Part shown: positions 34,948 to 45,640 of the stretch, piece by piece
Layout: each line of letters opens with the position of its first letter
How positions within the stretch are numbered: position 1 is the first letter of the stretch
Source: Amphiscolops sp. MND2022
Taxonomy: Eukaryota
Direction: 5' to 3'
Assembly: GCA_964187785.1 (NCBI GenBank)
Contig: OZ076409.1
Coordinates: 43,774,001 to 43,838,000, forward strand
DNA length: 64,000 nucleotides
Position numbers and translations under genes: made by a program
The notes under the pieces: model-generated
Databases searched by the model: none
Seen by the model: only the letters and a program-made list of their open reading frames with translations
Told to the model about the DNA's origin: nothing

Positions 34948-37900
34948 TTGCCGGCCCTGTTTTTCTCCTGAAAAACACTTTCGTAGAACATGGGTGCCAG
35001 TTTCACTACTGGTCTTTTGAGTTTTCCATCTTCCGTTTTCACCAGCGCTGATCTCACTCGCCCATCGCTTCCATGATAGACTTCTAACACTCTGCCCATC
35101 GTGTAGTGTGCTCTTTTTACATTGTCATCTACTATCCAAACCAAATCATTGACTTCCAGTTGTCTAACTTCTTTAATCCATTTTCCAAAAAATTGAAGTT
35201 GCATCATCATTTCTTCCCATGATACAGCCGGCCCTATGAAAGGCCCACTTTCCGAACTTGTTGTTGTTTGTGCTTTTGAAGAGCCCAATCGCGTTTCCAT
35301 TAGCGATATTTCATCTGCAAATTCATCAATCACAATCTTTGCATATAGGATGCCAGTATTCAACTGAGCGCTTTCGTTCCTTCCATGTAATCGAATTGAG
35401 ATAGGTTCAAACTTCCAAGCTCGTTTCTCGATTAGCTTGCTCTGGCCAGTGCTCAGTTGAGTGTGCACGTTAGGGTTAGCTTGTGCCACTGCATCCATTC
35501 CCGAGTTTCCATTACCTAACCAGTTGTTACATTTCTCTCTGTCGTTTGGAATAATTTTGTCCAGTGGTTTTTCTTTCAGCTCAACATGTTTTCTCCAAAA
35601 TGACATCTTTACGGCTTTTGTTCGATCACTTGTGTTCTCTTCAGACGGTTGGTTGCGTTCCAACAAACCACTGAAAAGTCTTCGATATATCGCTTTGCCT
35701 CGTGGAACTTCATGAAGTTCAATTTGACACTCTTTTACGAATTTAACCACTTTGTTCATTTGAGAACACTTTTTTCCCTCGCCAAGTGTTAAGGTCTTGG
35801 CAGCGAACTTCACGGCTTGCATTTGAGTTGGTTGCTTTTCTTCGACATGCTGTCGTACAGAGGCGACATCTATATTCTCTTTCAGCAAATCAAGCTTCAC
35901 AGTAAAGTCTTCCAGGGTTCGGAGGTTTGATTTAATTGCAAAACTTTCATGTTCGTTCTTTTCTTCTACAATTGAGAAACCCATGCTTTTGTCTTGTTCG
36001 ACTATCGTATGGTCACTCACAGCTAGGTGCATTTCGTCTTGCCAGACTTGCTTGTTCTCCAAAAGGAGGGGTTTAGTACTGACTTCCTGCCAGTTTCTTT
36101 CTACAACGAATATGTCTGGTGAGTTCTCCGTATTTTCCTTGGACATTTCGGATACGCTGCAGTGGGAAGTATACACTTCCATGCTCGACCGAGTTTTCAT
36201 CTGATCCACCAATGGATCCACATCTGCAAAAACCAAACTTTCAGTGGCGAACTTCGCAGTTTCTTGTTGAGGCAAGGGTCCACTAAGCATCCACCCCAAT
36301 TTTGTCAATACGGCCCAAGGTTTTGACTTTCCACATTTTCTATACCCAATGGCTCTATGCAAGTGGTAACAATCTTGTCCCAAGATGACTTTTACATCTT
36401 TCAGGTTGATGGTAGAATCTTTCAGCACGGACAGGTGTGGATATTCTTCCTTCAATTTCTTGAGGTTGTACGTTCGATTTCCTGCATTTACGTCGGGATG
36501 ACTATAGGCCATGATATCTTCTTTGACTTTTCCGTCCTGATCTCCAATCCTGACCCTTAGTCGTTTACTACTAATATCTGACTTTCCATGAATTCCTGCA
36601 ACATTCAGCTCCACTTGCTGTCCCGTCAGATTTAGCGCTTTCATCAGACTCTCGTCCACAAATGACAGGCTTGCTCCAGAGTCACACAAAGCGAACGCTT
36701 TCAGAGTTTTGCTCCCACTTCCTATCGTTACTGGAACGACCGGAAGCACACCACTGCTTTTCATTGATGACAGGTTAGAAACCTCATCAACATTTTCAAC
36801 ATTTTGCTTCTGGTCCTCGTTCTTGTAAGGTCGGTGTAGCAATCGGTGATGAGGTTTTCCGCAACCATTGACGTCGCAGAGTCTACCAGAGCAATTTCTC
36901 ATCTGATGTGCGTCTGACAAGCATTTGAAGCACAGCTTCAGTTCTTTCGCCTTTTGTCCTCTTTCTTCGACGTTCATCTTCTTGAATTTCTCACATTTCC
37001 ATATCGGATGTTTGCCATCTTTCAACGCACACTCTCGCTGGTATTTTGAGTTGTCACTGGCTGTGTCTGGTGCTGATGTTGCAAACGTAGAACCTTCGGC
37101 CTTTTCCTTGTAGCTCGTCTTTGCGCGATCAGCATTTAGATTCGAATACAATAGCAATTCATCTTGAACATCTGCTATATCATTGAGCCACTCACTGAAC
37201 ACAGCGAGTCCCGGTTGATACAGGTTCATTTGCTTCACATAAGTGAGCCACTTCGTTTTCATGTCCAGTGTTAACTTCCTTGTGGCACTGCCCAGAACTC
37301 CTTCTGAGTTTAGGTCTCCCACGTAGTTGAATTGTGTCAAAACATTCACGCAACTCGACACTATTCTCGCAAACTTGATCAATGCGGCTCCATCATAAGG
37401 TTTCATCGGAGGGAACGAATAGATTCGCTTCAACTGGGCGTTCACAACCATTTGAGGTTTTCCAAAGTTTCGAACTAGAACGTTCCACGCCACATTGTAC
37501 ATCTCAGCAGTGTACCCAAGGCCAGCAATCGCCTCCTTGGCTTTGCCTGTGACCATAGTTTTCAGGTGATTCATCTTTACACTGTCGTCCATATTGGCTG
37601 CGTGGACGGTTGCTTGAAAGAGTTGGGACCACTCTGGCCACTCCAATGGGTCACCGGAAAACTCTGCCAGCTTCAGTTTTGGCAAGCTAGATCTGATGTA
37701 GTAGTCATCTCTCGCATTTGACACTATGTTTGGCCCTTGACTTGGCATATACTGCTTCTGTGTGTTCGCAAGCTGTGGTACTTGAAATGCACCACTCTGG
37801 ATGCCTCCAAACGTAGGCGGTAACCGATTCGGGTCTGCACTGAGAGTCATCGACGGCTTCGATGGGGCGAATTTCACTTCTTGTTGTGCTGTTGCACTTT

Positions 37901-39242
37901 GACTGACAGCATCTATGACAGTCTTTGTTCTGTGCTTTCCAATACCTCGACTAGCGGTTTCGGTGGATATAGTCGGTTTCACTGGAGGATTCAAGTCCCT
38001 CACTAGCGCGGAGCATTGTCCTTCATGCATCGATTGTACTGTTATTACTGGTGCTGAGACCGACGTTTGCTGGTATACAGATGGCACGTTAGTCGTCGAT
38101 GCCACGTTTTCAGCTTCTTCTGTCTTGTCCATCCAATCTGAGACTTTCGTCAGATTGTCGTCTGGAGTCTCGACTGGTGAGATACTCCGGAAGCTAGACC
38201 CACAACTACTCGGAACTTTCGCCATCTCTATTTCTTTTTCGGCTATTTTGGCTTTGCGGGCCAGCTTTTCTTGTAAGTCTGCTATTTCATTTTGTTCCGC
38301 ATTGCGTCTGAGTTTCTCCAGGCGACTTTGCAATTCTTCTTGCTCTTTCAAAGCGTTTAGTTCCAAATCGAGAACTCGTCTTGCACTTGATGTTTTTGAA
38401 ATCACAGACGTTTTGTTGCTTTTGGTTCTTTTACTTCGCGAGTGTATGCTCAATTCTTCTATTGGCAATGATCTAGCACATTTGTTTCGCTCTTGGCTGT
38501 CATCCGCGTTATGACCATTGTCTTCTTTCTGCTCCTCGTCTGATTCGGGCTCCTTTTGTGGTGAAGTGCCATTTCTACTTGATTTGTCTGCTGCTGAGTT
38601 TACCCGAGCGTCTGCCAGTCTTTGTTCAGCGTCTTCAAGACTTCGCCAAATGGCTCCTCCTTCTCCTGTCTTCAGCAGATCTTCAATCTTCGTTTTAATG
38701 TCAGACCGTTTCTGCAGCAATTCTTGACATGCTGCAGCATAATCTTCTTCGTCGACAACTTTGCCATTTGCGATTGAATCTTCCCGCAACTTTTTGTTGC
38801 TATCCATTAGTCTATCAATAGCACGTTTCTTTTCGTCAAGATCCAAGTAATTTAGTATCTGATTTTCGTCTTGCAATGCTGACATCAGCATTTGTACCTT
38901 TCCAACGCTAGAGATTTGCTGCTGCAACTCAGCCAATCGGCTCTGCATTTCTTTGTTCACTGTTGAGAATATTTCGGGTATCTGCGGTTGATACTTGACT
39001 TTGATCGCATTTTCGACTGCCTTAATGAGCCGATCCCTCCTGTTCATGGAATCTGTTCGTCTTAGTAGTAAATCTGCTATCTGCTTGTCGTCAACATTGC
39101 TAGTTAGGTTCTCATCAATTTCTTTAACAGTCTTACCGTGTTCGACAGCTGCATTCCAATAACTCAGCGTTTGGGCTTTGTCAGCAGAGTTCTTCAGAAA
39201 GTTTTCGATTTTGTTGATATCGAACCGTTTTGGTTCTGCCAT
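34893..39242 (-). CDS. BEL/Pao Gag-protease polyprotein lacking recognisable RT, RNase H and integrase cores (1449 aa)
   Basis: LPKLKLAEFSGDPLEW (DUF1759-type Gag); CFKC..H..C..C..C..HH..LH knuckles; ALCDSGASLSFV protease; C-terminal GRVLEVYHGSDGRVRSALVKT..RPVVKL (DUF5641-type). No YVDD or integrase DDE found. Confidence 0.88.
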   Translation of the reverse strand: MAEPKRFDINKIENFLKNSADKAQTLSYWNAAVEHGKTVKEIDENLTSNVDDKQIADLLLRRTDSMNRRDRLIKAVENAIKVKYQPQIPEIFSTVNKEMQSRLAELQQQISSVGKVQMLMSALQDENQILNYLDLDEKKRAIDRLMDSNKKLREDSIANGKVVDEEDYAAACQELLQKRSDIKTKIEDLLKTGEGGAIWRSLEDAEQRLADARVNSAADKSSRNGTSPQKEPESDEEQKEDNGHNADDSQERNKCARSLPIEELSIHSRSKRTKSNKTSVISKTSSARRVLDLELNALKEQEELQSRLEKLRRNAEQNEIADLQEKLARKAKIAEKEIEMAKVPSSCGSSFRSISPVETPDDNLTKVSDWMDKTEEAENVASTTNVPSVYQQTSVSAPVITVQSMHEGQCSALVRDLNPPVKPTISTETASRGIGKHRTKTVIDAVSQSATAQQEVKFAPSKPSMTLSADPNRLPPTFGGIQSGAFQVPQLANTQKQYMPSQGPNIVSNARDDYYIRSSLPKLKLAEFSGDPLEWPEWSQLFQATVHAANMDDSVKMNHLKTMVTGKAKEAIAGLGYTAEMYNVAWNVLVRNFGKPQMVVNAQLKRIYSFPPMKPYDGAALIKFARIVSSCVNVLTQFNYVGDLNSEGVLGSATRKLTLDMKTKWLTYVKQMNLYQPGLAVFSEWLNDIADVQDELLLYSNLNADRAKTSYKEKAEGSTFATSAPDTASDNSKYQRECALKDGKHPIWKCEKFKKMNVEERGQKAKELKLCFKCLSDAHQMRNCSGRLCDVNGCGKPHHRLLHRPYKNEDQKQNVENVDEVSNLSSMKSSGVLPVVPVTIGSGSKTLKAFALCDSGASLSFVDESLMKALNLTGQQVELNVAGIHGKSDISSKRLRVRIGDQDGKVKEDIMAYSHPDVNAGNRTYNLKKLKEEYPHLSVLKDSTINLKDVKVILGQDCYHLHRAIGYRKCGKSKPWAVLTKLGWMLSGPLPQQETAKFATESLVFADVDPLVDQMKTRSSMEVYTSHCSVSEMSKENTENSPDIFVVERNWQEVSTKPLLLENKQVWQDEMHLAVSDHTIVEQDKSMGFSIVEEKNEHESFAIKSNLRTLEDFTVKLDLLKENIDVASVRQHVEEKQPTQMQAVKFAAKTLTLGEGKKCSQMNKVVKFVKECQIELHEVPRGKAIYRRLFSGLLERNQPSEENTSDRTKAVKMSFWRKHVELKEKPLDKIIPNDREKCNNWLGNGNSGMDAVAQANPNVHTQLSTGQSKLIEKRAWKFEPISIRLHGRNESAQLNTGILYAKIVIDEFADEISLMETRLGSSKAQTTTSSESGPFIGPAVSWEEMMMQLQFFGKWIKEVRQLEVNDLVWIVDDNVKRAHYTMGRVLEVYHGSDGRVRSALVKTEDGKLKRPVVKLAPMFYESVFQEKNRAGNVGASHQKAEKVDLEHAG

Positions 39243-39276
39243 CTCTTCTCTTGTCGATTGAGTTTAGTTCCAAAGT

Positions 39277-39492
39277 CACAATAGCCCAAACTCCCAGAGA
39301 CACAATAGCCCAATCTCCCAGAGACACAAAAGCCCAATCTCCCAGAGACACAATAGCCCAATCTCCCAGAGACACAATAGCCCAATCTCCCAGAGACACA
39401 ATAGCCCAATCTCCCAGAGACACAGTAGCCCAATCTCCCAGAGACACAGTAGCCCAATCTCCCAGAAACACAGTAGCCCAATCTCCCAGAGT
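39277..39492. repeat. 24-bp tandem repeat x9 in the BEL 5' UTR
   Basis: Head-to-tail cacaatagcccaatctcccagaga units. Confidence 0.95.
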
Positions 39493-39626
39493 CACAAAAT
39501 CAGCAACTCCAAGATCCAGACACTTGTTCTTCTTGGGCAATCTTCTCAGTTGTCCACCAACGAGTCGTCTTCTTCTAGTCCGGGTCGTCCACCAAAGAGT
39601 TGTCCGGGTCGTCCACCAACTAGTGG

Positions 39627-39643
39627 TCCGGGTCGGCGGACCA
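39627..39643 (-). promoter_or_regulatory. BEL primer-binding site (tRNA-Tyr-like)
   Basis: TGGTCCGCCGACCCGGA, 2 nt after the 5' LTR; resembles the typical BEL PBS TGGTCCTTCGAGCCGGA. Confidence 0.7.
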
Positions 39644-39645
39644 AA

Positions 39646-40568
39646 TGTAACGGCTGCTTGCCTTTATCCTGCGCTGAGGCTTGACAAGCTTTACGCCGCC
39701 CTGATCCGTTGCTTAGTGCTGTGGACCGTCACTAAACAATTCCTGGTTTTCTTGTTTTAAAGGACTGTATCTTTTGGCTTGATGGGTCCGATGTGACCCG
39801 TGGAATCTCCTGCGATTCCTCTTTGCACTGAATTGGATCCGACGTGATCCGTAACACACTTCCCTCACAGTATCTTCACGCGCTCCGGCTCTCCAACTAT
39901 GAGAGTAGCTACTTAGTCGCTCTGACTCTAGCGAAAAGTTGTGAAGATTGAGAAGTTGATTAATTAGTCTCGCGGTCCTGAGACCCAACTTGACTATAGC
40001 TATTCAGTGGAGAAAATCTCTATCTAATAATGGTATACATATGGTTTACAATTCTACAGTAAATATAAGCAATTATCAGTTGAAATATGTTGTATAAATA
40101 AATGACATTTAAGTGAATTATTAAAGTTATTGGCTATGTAAACAAAGAATGTGGTGGTTTTGGCATGTTGGTCAGGTGGGCTCAGAAGCATGTTTACACT
40201 ATGTAAATATCATCAATTGCAACAGAGCTGCATTCTAATGTGGTCAGAAGGGTAAATAGCAATGTTTACATTTTTGTCTCAATGACCTTGAATACTACAC
40301 ATGTGAGGGGTAATGGGGGTTATAATGGGGGAATGACCTTGAAACTTAGCCGGTGTGTCCGTATTATGTACTTGCATATGTGTGCCAAGTTTCAAGTCTC
40401 TATGGTTAATAGTTGTAGAGAAAATCCCGACTGGGGGGGTTTTTCGATTTAGCAAGGTGAGGTTTTCGTTCAAATTTTCATCTAAGTTTCGAAGAGTTTT
40501 AAGTTCTTGTTTCTCAACCAGCATGTTCTAAATCGACTTTCTCTGCTTTCTGATGACTGGCGCCAACA
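39646..40568 (-). repeat. BEL 5' LTR (923 bp)
   Basis: Direct repeat of 34024-34947. Confidence 0.95.
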
Positions 40569-41266
40569 AGTGTCAATTTGGCCGTCAATGGTTAATTCCC
40601 CAAAGTCCATCGGAAAATACAACATTCGCTTTTTGCATTTAAGGTTGATACTGGTCGAAAGTGGTATACAGTCTGGTTCTCCCTCTTTGGTAATGAGGAT
40701 ATTTTGGAATTGTTTCTCGTCCAGTAGTGATTGTGGAATTGGTTCCGTACTGGCTTCGTTAGTTTCGGTTCCCAAGGGGTTCGGGAATACTGGATGGTTA
40801 GTACCATCATTCATTTGCCAGTTTTCGACTAGTGCTCTGGTTTTCTTGTTATGGGTTATCGGAGGGTTTTCGTGGACTGTGGTTTGGTAATGGGCTATAT
40901 CATCCAGGACGTATTGGAATTGTAGTAGGTCCTGGTTGTAGATCTCAATGTCCCAATAGGGATCTCTGCCGTAATCTGGGTCGATGTACGTTGGATTGTA
41001 ATCATCGATCAAGGGAATGGGCCTGAATCGGGTTGTAAAGGTGGTTGTGTAATCAGGATCCCAAGCAGGAATTGGTTTTTGGAACAGATGGGTATTATTA
41101 TAGGTAATAACGATGGCCTTCTCCATCTGTTGCTGCCAGACAACAGAGGGGTAACCCATCAATTGTTGTTGATATTCATGGAAAGTTTTTGTTGGAGATC
41201 CGACCTGATATATTGACGGACGGATATTATTTGGTTGTATTGGAGTCGTGGCGAAGTTAGTTTTTT
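40569..41266 (-). pseudogene. pol: Gypsy B pol N-terminus up to the protease Asp
   Basis: KKRMLYFPMDFGELTIDGQIDT, cut by the BEL insertion; slippery A-AAA-AAC at 41260-41266. Confidence 0.85.
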
Positions 41267-42972
41267 GACTCATCTTTGTTTGATGAGGATTGGGTATTGG
41301 AGGACATTGGTTTGCTATGGGCTTTAGGTGCCTTAGAGTCAGGGTCAGTGTCTGAAGATTCTTCAGGCCTGGTACGTTTGGGTTTCAAGTGAGCACCTGC
41401 TCCCTGCCAACATCTCTCCTCTGGATGGTTTTTCTTGCCACAAGTCCCGCACTTAGGGTACGTTTTCTTCTCTGTCGATTTGCCTTGTTGGGCATCTTTC
41501 TCTTTCTTCTTTTTGAGTTTTTCACAGTCTTTGACAATGTGGCCCTTTTCCTTGCAATAGTTGCAAGTTATGTCCGACATTTGCCCAGTGGAAAGAGGGG
41601 TTTTAGTCTTAGAAGATGAGGAAGTCATTTTTGCCATGGGTAGGTCGTCTGACTCCTCGAGGGCGTTAAGTTCTAATTCCCTCTCCAAATGAGCAACTAT
41701 TTCGTCGTATGAGCCATTTTCTAATCTGGCCATGTTGACTGATCGCTTGAGCTTTGGAGGCAGTTTTGCGTACAATAGACTGTCAATCATTTTTTGTACA
41801 TGGTCGCCAAATGCTTTTTCTGCCCCTTGATTGAGGTCCTCAAGGAAATCCGGTAACTTCATGGTATTGGGATCAAAGACCAAGCGATGCCATTTATGTT
41901 TGGCAGTCGCTTGTGACTCGGGTTTGACGTATTTCCGTCGAAAAATGACTAAGACGTCTTTAAGAGTCTGTCGGTTGGTCGAGTTAATGTTTCTGAACGT
42001 CTGAAGAGCATTTTTCCTCAGGAGCGAATAAAATTGATTAATTTTCATCTGTTCAGTCATTTCTGGCTGCATCTTGATCATGGTATGAAACAGATCTTCG
42101 AACAGCTCAAATTTCTCACTTTTGCCATCAAAGGTCATGGTATTTGAGTTGACCGCCGGGCGTATGGTGAGTTGTTGGGCTGCTGGTCGGTTCTGCATGT
42201 TCGTCAAGACATCTGCCAGTCTGGTAATTGGATCAGGTTCAACAACCGTGGCGGGTCTTTCTTGTGCTGGGATCGTCGTGTCTAGGTTGATGTCCTCGTA
42301 GGACTGATCAAGGTGGTTTCGTGATAGAATCCGTCCCGTGAGAAACTCAGGAATTTGGTTTGGAGATTCGTTGTCTCCTGTCACCATGTCGTAAGCATTA
42401 GAGTCTACTACGCCATCATTTTGGCGGTTACAATTAGGCTTACTAGTTGAACTGTCCTTAGGGTTACTATTTTGCAGTCCTTCGGAGTATACTTCCGGTC
42501 TCTCGGACGAAACGTTCCATCTACTCTGAGTCGAGTGTCCCGATCCGGCACTTAAGGCGGACTGAATCTGAGGCAATATCTGATTGCTGATTGCATCACT
42601 AATCGCCCTTTGAATCTGGGAATTGACACTACACATCATATCATCTAACTCCCTCGACAGTCTCGAGTTCAACTCGCTTGACAACTTGTTAATCTCAGCA
42701 CTAGAATTACCTCCAGTTGAAATCTGGCCATAATCGGCATTATTACCAGGACCTAAGTCTCTTGTGGCTGAGTTTCTATTTTCACCATTATTCTCTAATT
42801 CATCTGCAGAAGTACTACCCGGCCTTCTGCCAAAATTACTGCTAACACTTTCATCTCTCTCATTTCTACCGAAATGGTTTTTCCCTAACATAATATCGAG
42901 GTTTTCTATGTCAGACAGCATTTCTATTCCTCTTGACTTCCTGGCCTTCTTTTGTCTTCTTGTAGTAGGCAT
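41257..42972 (-). CDS. gag: Gypsy B Gag (571 aa), first 195 codons inside the 5' LTR
   Basis: TFDGKSEKFELFEDLF capsid-like motif; two CCHC knuckles CNYCKEKGHIVKDC and CGTCGKKNHPEERC. Confidence 0.92.
   Translation of the reverse strand: MPTTRRQKKARKSRGIEMLSDIENLDIMLGKNHFGRNERDESVSSNFGRRPGSTSADELENNGENRNSATRDLGPGNNADYGQISTGGNSSAEINKLSSELNSRLSRELDDMMCSVNSQIQRAISDAISNQILPQIQSALSAGSGHSTQSRWNVSSERPEVYSEGLQNSNPKDSSTSKPNCNRQNDGVVDSNAYDMVTGDNESPNQIPEFLTGRILSRNHLDQSYEDINLDTTIPAQERPATVVEPDPITRLADVLTNMQNRPAAQQLTIRPAVNSNTMTFDGKSEKFELFEDLFHTMIKMQPEMTEQMKINQFYSLLRKNALQTFRNINSTNRQTLKDVLVIFRRKYVKPESQATAKHKWHRLVFDPNTMKLPDFLEDLNQGAEKAFGDHVQKMIDSLLYAKLPPKLKRSVNMARLENGSYDEIVAHLERELELNALEESDDLPMAKMTSSSSKTKTPLSTGQMSDITCNYCKEKGHIVKDCEKLKKKKEKDAQQGKSTEKKTYPKCGTCGKKNHPEERCWQGAGAHLKPKRTRPEESSDTDPDSKAPKAHSKPMSSNTQSSSNKDESKN
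42375..42386 (-). promoter_or_regulatory. Gypsy B primer-binding site (tRNA-Leu-like)
   Basis: TGGTGACAGGAG directly after the LTR end CA; one mismatch to the vertebrate-type tRNA-Leu(CAG) complement TGGTGTCAGGAG. Confidence 0.7.
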
Positions 42973-44122
42973 TAAGAATTCGAGGTTGAATATTTTTTTG
43001 GTGGTCTAGGTTTGCAATCTATAAAAGCGGAACAAACTAAGTTTGAGTATCATAAAGACAATTGTGTCCACCTCTCGGAACGGGTAGGTATATATACTTC
43101 CGAGAGAATGGAATTTACATATTTTGATATAATACCCGCAATTTACAAATTCCTTAAGTCACGAGGTTAAGGCACAACACTGGTTAAAATGAGGCGGTTA
43201 GCACCTTATCAAAGAACTCTAGGAATTCATACTTGTTAGGGTCACGAAGTTATATCTTTCCATTTGAAAACATCAACGATATTACTATACGTCATCATAG
43301 TTGAGTAGCATCGGCAACAAACTTCAAAAAAATACATAACACAACTATCTAAGGAATGTTCATTACGGAATGCTGCCACGCGCCAGCAAATGTCGGCCGT
43401 TGCAACAAACAAGTAGCTTTAGCGTAAATCACGAAACAAAGCACAACATGTCCTAAATCGGCCGTTGGACTTTAATTCATTCAGAGTGAATAGCCTAGTT
43501 AGTCCAAAGGACTGGTACTAAGAATTGGGTTGGTATGGGGGTACTAATTATTTCAAAGAACGTAAAAGCACTAATTATTAACTTCAGGTGTAAATAGAGA
43601 GCTTACATGACTATTGAGCACTACAACATTATTAATACAATAAGCTACAACAATGACTAAAGCAAAGCCTAATCCGGCCATCTGCCTGGTATTCCAACTA
43701 ATTAATGCACCATTAAGACAAACGGCCATATCCGGCCAATTGATTAGAACAGTATTACATCATGAAATACTCGAATATGATTGGTTGGTACATTAGGCTC
43801 AAGTGACGCTTTCGGACTGAAAGCTACGTACACTCGAACTCGTTTCCTTTAAGCTGTTTAGTAGCTTGCGTTGAACTATAATTTACATTGAGCATTGTTA
43901 TTTTACAACTTGCAACTTCACTTGTCTAATGGATTATTAACAGACTAATACACAGTGTATCATAATGAAAATGTAGTTGACCTAGGCAAACATAAATATT
44001 GAGAGTAAGTTTTAGAGTTTAACATAAACCTGTTTAAAACGTGGGTAGGGTTCCGAGTATAATCTCCTGACTGCCAGCTGAGGTCGTTATTAGAGTGCCA
44101 TCACAGGCGGCAGCCTGCGACA
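42387..44122 (-). repeat. 5' LTR of Gypsy B
   Basis: Direct repeat of 21549-23284, adjacent to the PBS. Confidence 0.96.
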
Positions 44123-45640
44123 CTTGCAGAGTTCTGAGCTACTTCCTTGCATAAAGTGGTTTCAAAAACTCAACAACGACTAATCGGGGTATCTCCAGAA
44201 GGCAATTTTGAAAAGACAACTACATTTTTTGTTAGAATTGGCTTGAAAACACCCAAAAATCCATGAGACAACAAAAAAGCACGCTGTTTGACAAACTAGA
44301 CATAGTTTTTTTTAAAGCACGAACGTTTTCGAAGAGTAGAACTTCCAATGACCTGAGCGTTGAAACAATAGGGTATTTAAAACGCAATTGGGGAAAAAAG
44401 TGGCATGAAGTTCAACTAGTTTACAACAAAGGTGTCAAAGTTTCCGAACTTTCTTTATTTTCAACAACATAGTCCCAATTATGTAGTTTTCCGAAAATTT
44501 ACTTCAATCAGATATACCATAGGCTCATTATTGAAACGTTTAGCTACGTGTAGTGTTTGGAAAAAGTATCAGACAATTTATTTGCCCAACTTTCAAAAAC
44601 TTCACTTGAAAACGTAATTTTCGACCTCATTTACCCTGTATTTAATATTGAAAAACCTCCAAGCGAAATCATTAGATATGGAGGACACCTTCCAAAGGAA
44701 GATGTTTCTAGCTACTTGGTGGGTTAGGATGATGTAAACATTCAACAACAGCTAAACTCGGTGTCCAGTAAGCTTATTTTCGAAGAGACATCTTTAGATT
44801 CATGTTAGAAAAGTTCCTCAAATTGACCCCAAACTTGTTAAAACTAGTTCTAAATTTTGACACTTCTGGTGAAACTATGTGCAATAATATAACAAACAGG
44901 AATCGCTCAACTTTCCTAAATTTGCAAAGGACCTAGTTTCAAGATTTTACCATTTTTGAGTGCCAAAAATTACCTCAAGACATACGCTTGAGACTAGGAA
45001 ACCACTTTTTGTCCAACAAGAATCACAAAAAATCCAATTTTTTGATTTTCTTCCCGGTAAATTTCTATGATGGCGAAGCAAGTTTCATCTCGCAAAACTA
45101 TTTTTTTTCAAGCCGCAATCAGCTATCAAAGCCAGGGGGTACTCTCTGACCAAATGAATCAAAACTTTCCTTGCTTCGAACTTCTTTGCGATTTTATAGT
45201 GCATTGGCTATTCTTGAGCCTCAAGTTTATTTAATTGTAGAACAGTTTTGGGCGGAAAATATCTCGCTGCTCAGCGGGCGTCTTGTTCACTTTTCTAATG
45301 AAACAATAATTTAAAATCTATTTGCCCAACTAATGAAATCTCCTTCCGCTGAAATAGAAAAGGAATCGTGCGAAGCAAAACTATGGTAGTCGGCAACGCT
45401 AATGACGGCCAAGTGTTCATGGGGGGCAATATTATGGCTAAAGTTGTAGAGAAAGTTGTAGACGTCAATAAAGTTTTGTCTACAAGATTGGATTTTGTTG
45501 CAAACGTTGAAAAACAAATTTTGAAGTGACTATCATACTAGAGCATGCCGTACTGACAATGATGTGACCTCAAGGACTGCCGAGAATTACCAAGGACTGG
45601 TCAAGCGCTTGAGCTGTCTTTATTTATAAGTGTCATTTTT

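Larger units (their letters stand above)
34024..40568 (-). mobile_element. Non-autonomous BEL/Pao LTR retrotransposon nested in the Gypsy B protease
   Basis: LTRs 34024-34947 and 39646-40568; TSD AGTGT (34019-34023 and 40569-40573); PBS; PPT-like GGAGAAAAACAGGGCCGGCAA before the 3' LTR; BEL-type Gag and protease. Confidence 0.95.
21549..44122 (-). mobile_element. Full-length Ty3/Gypsy LTR retrotransposon B (about 16.0 kb without the nested BEL element)
   Basis: Two 1736-bp LTRs TGTCG...CGACA; 5-bp TSD CTTGC (21544-21548 and 44123-44127); PBS; gag-PR-RT-RH-IN order on the - strand. Confidence 0.97.

Noticed and set aside
39277..39492. CRISPR-like array or repeat-protein ORFs (39181-39760)
   Set aside because: Head-to-tail 24-mers with no unique spacers; the ORFs are by-products of a stop-free repeat in the BEL 5' UTR.
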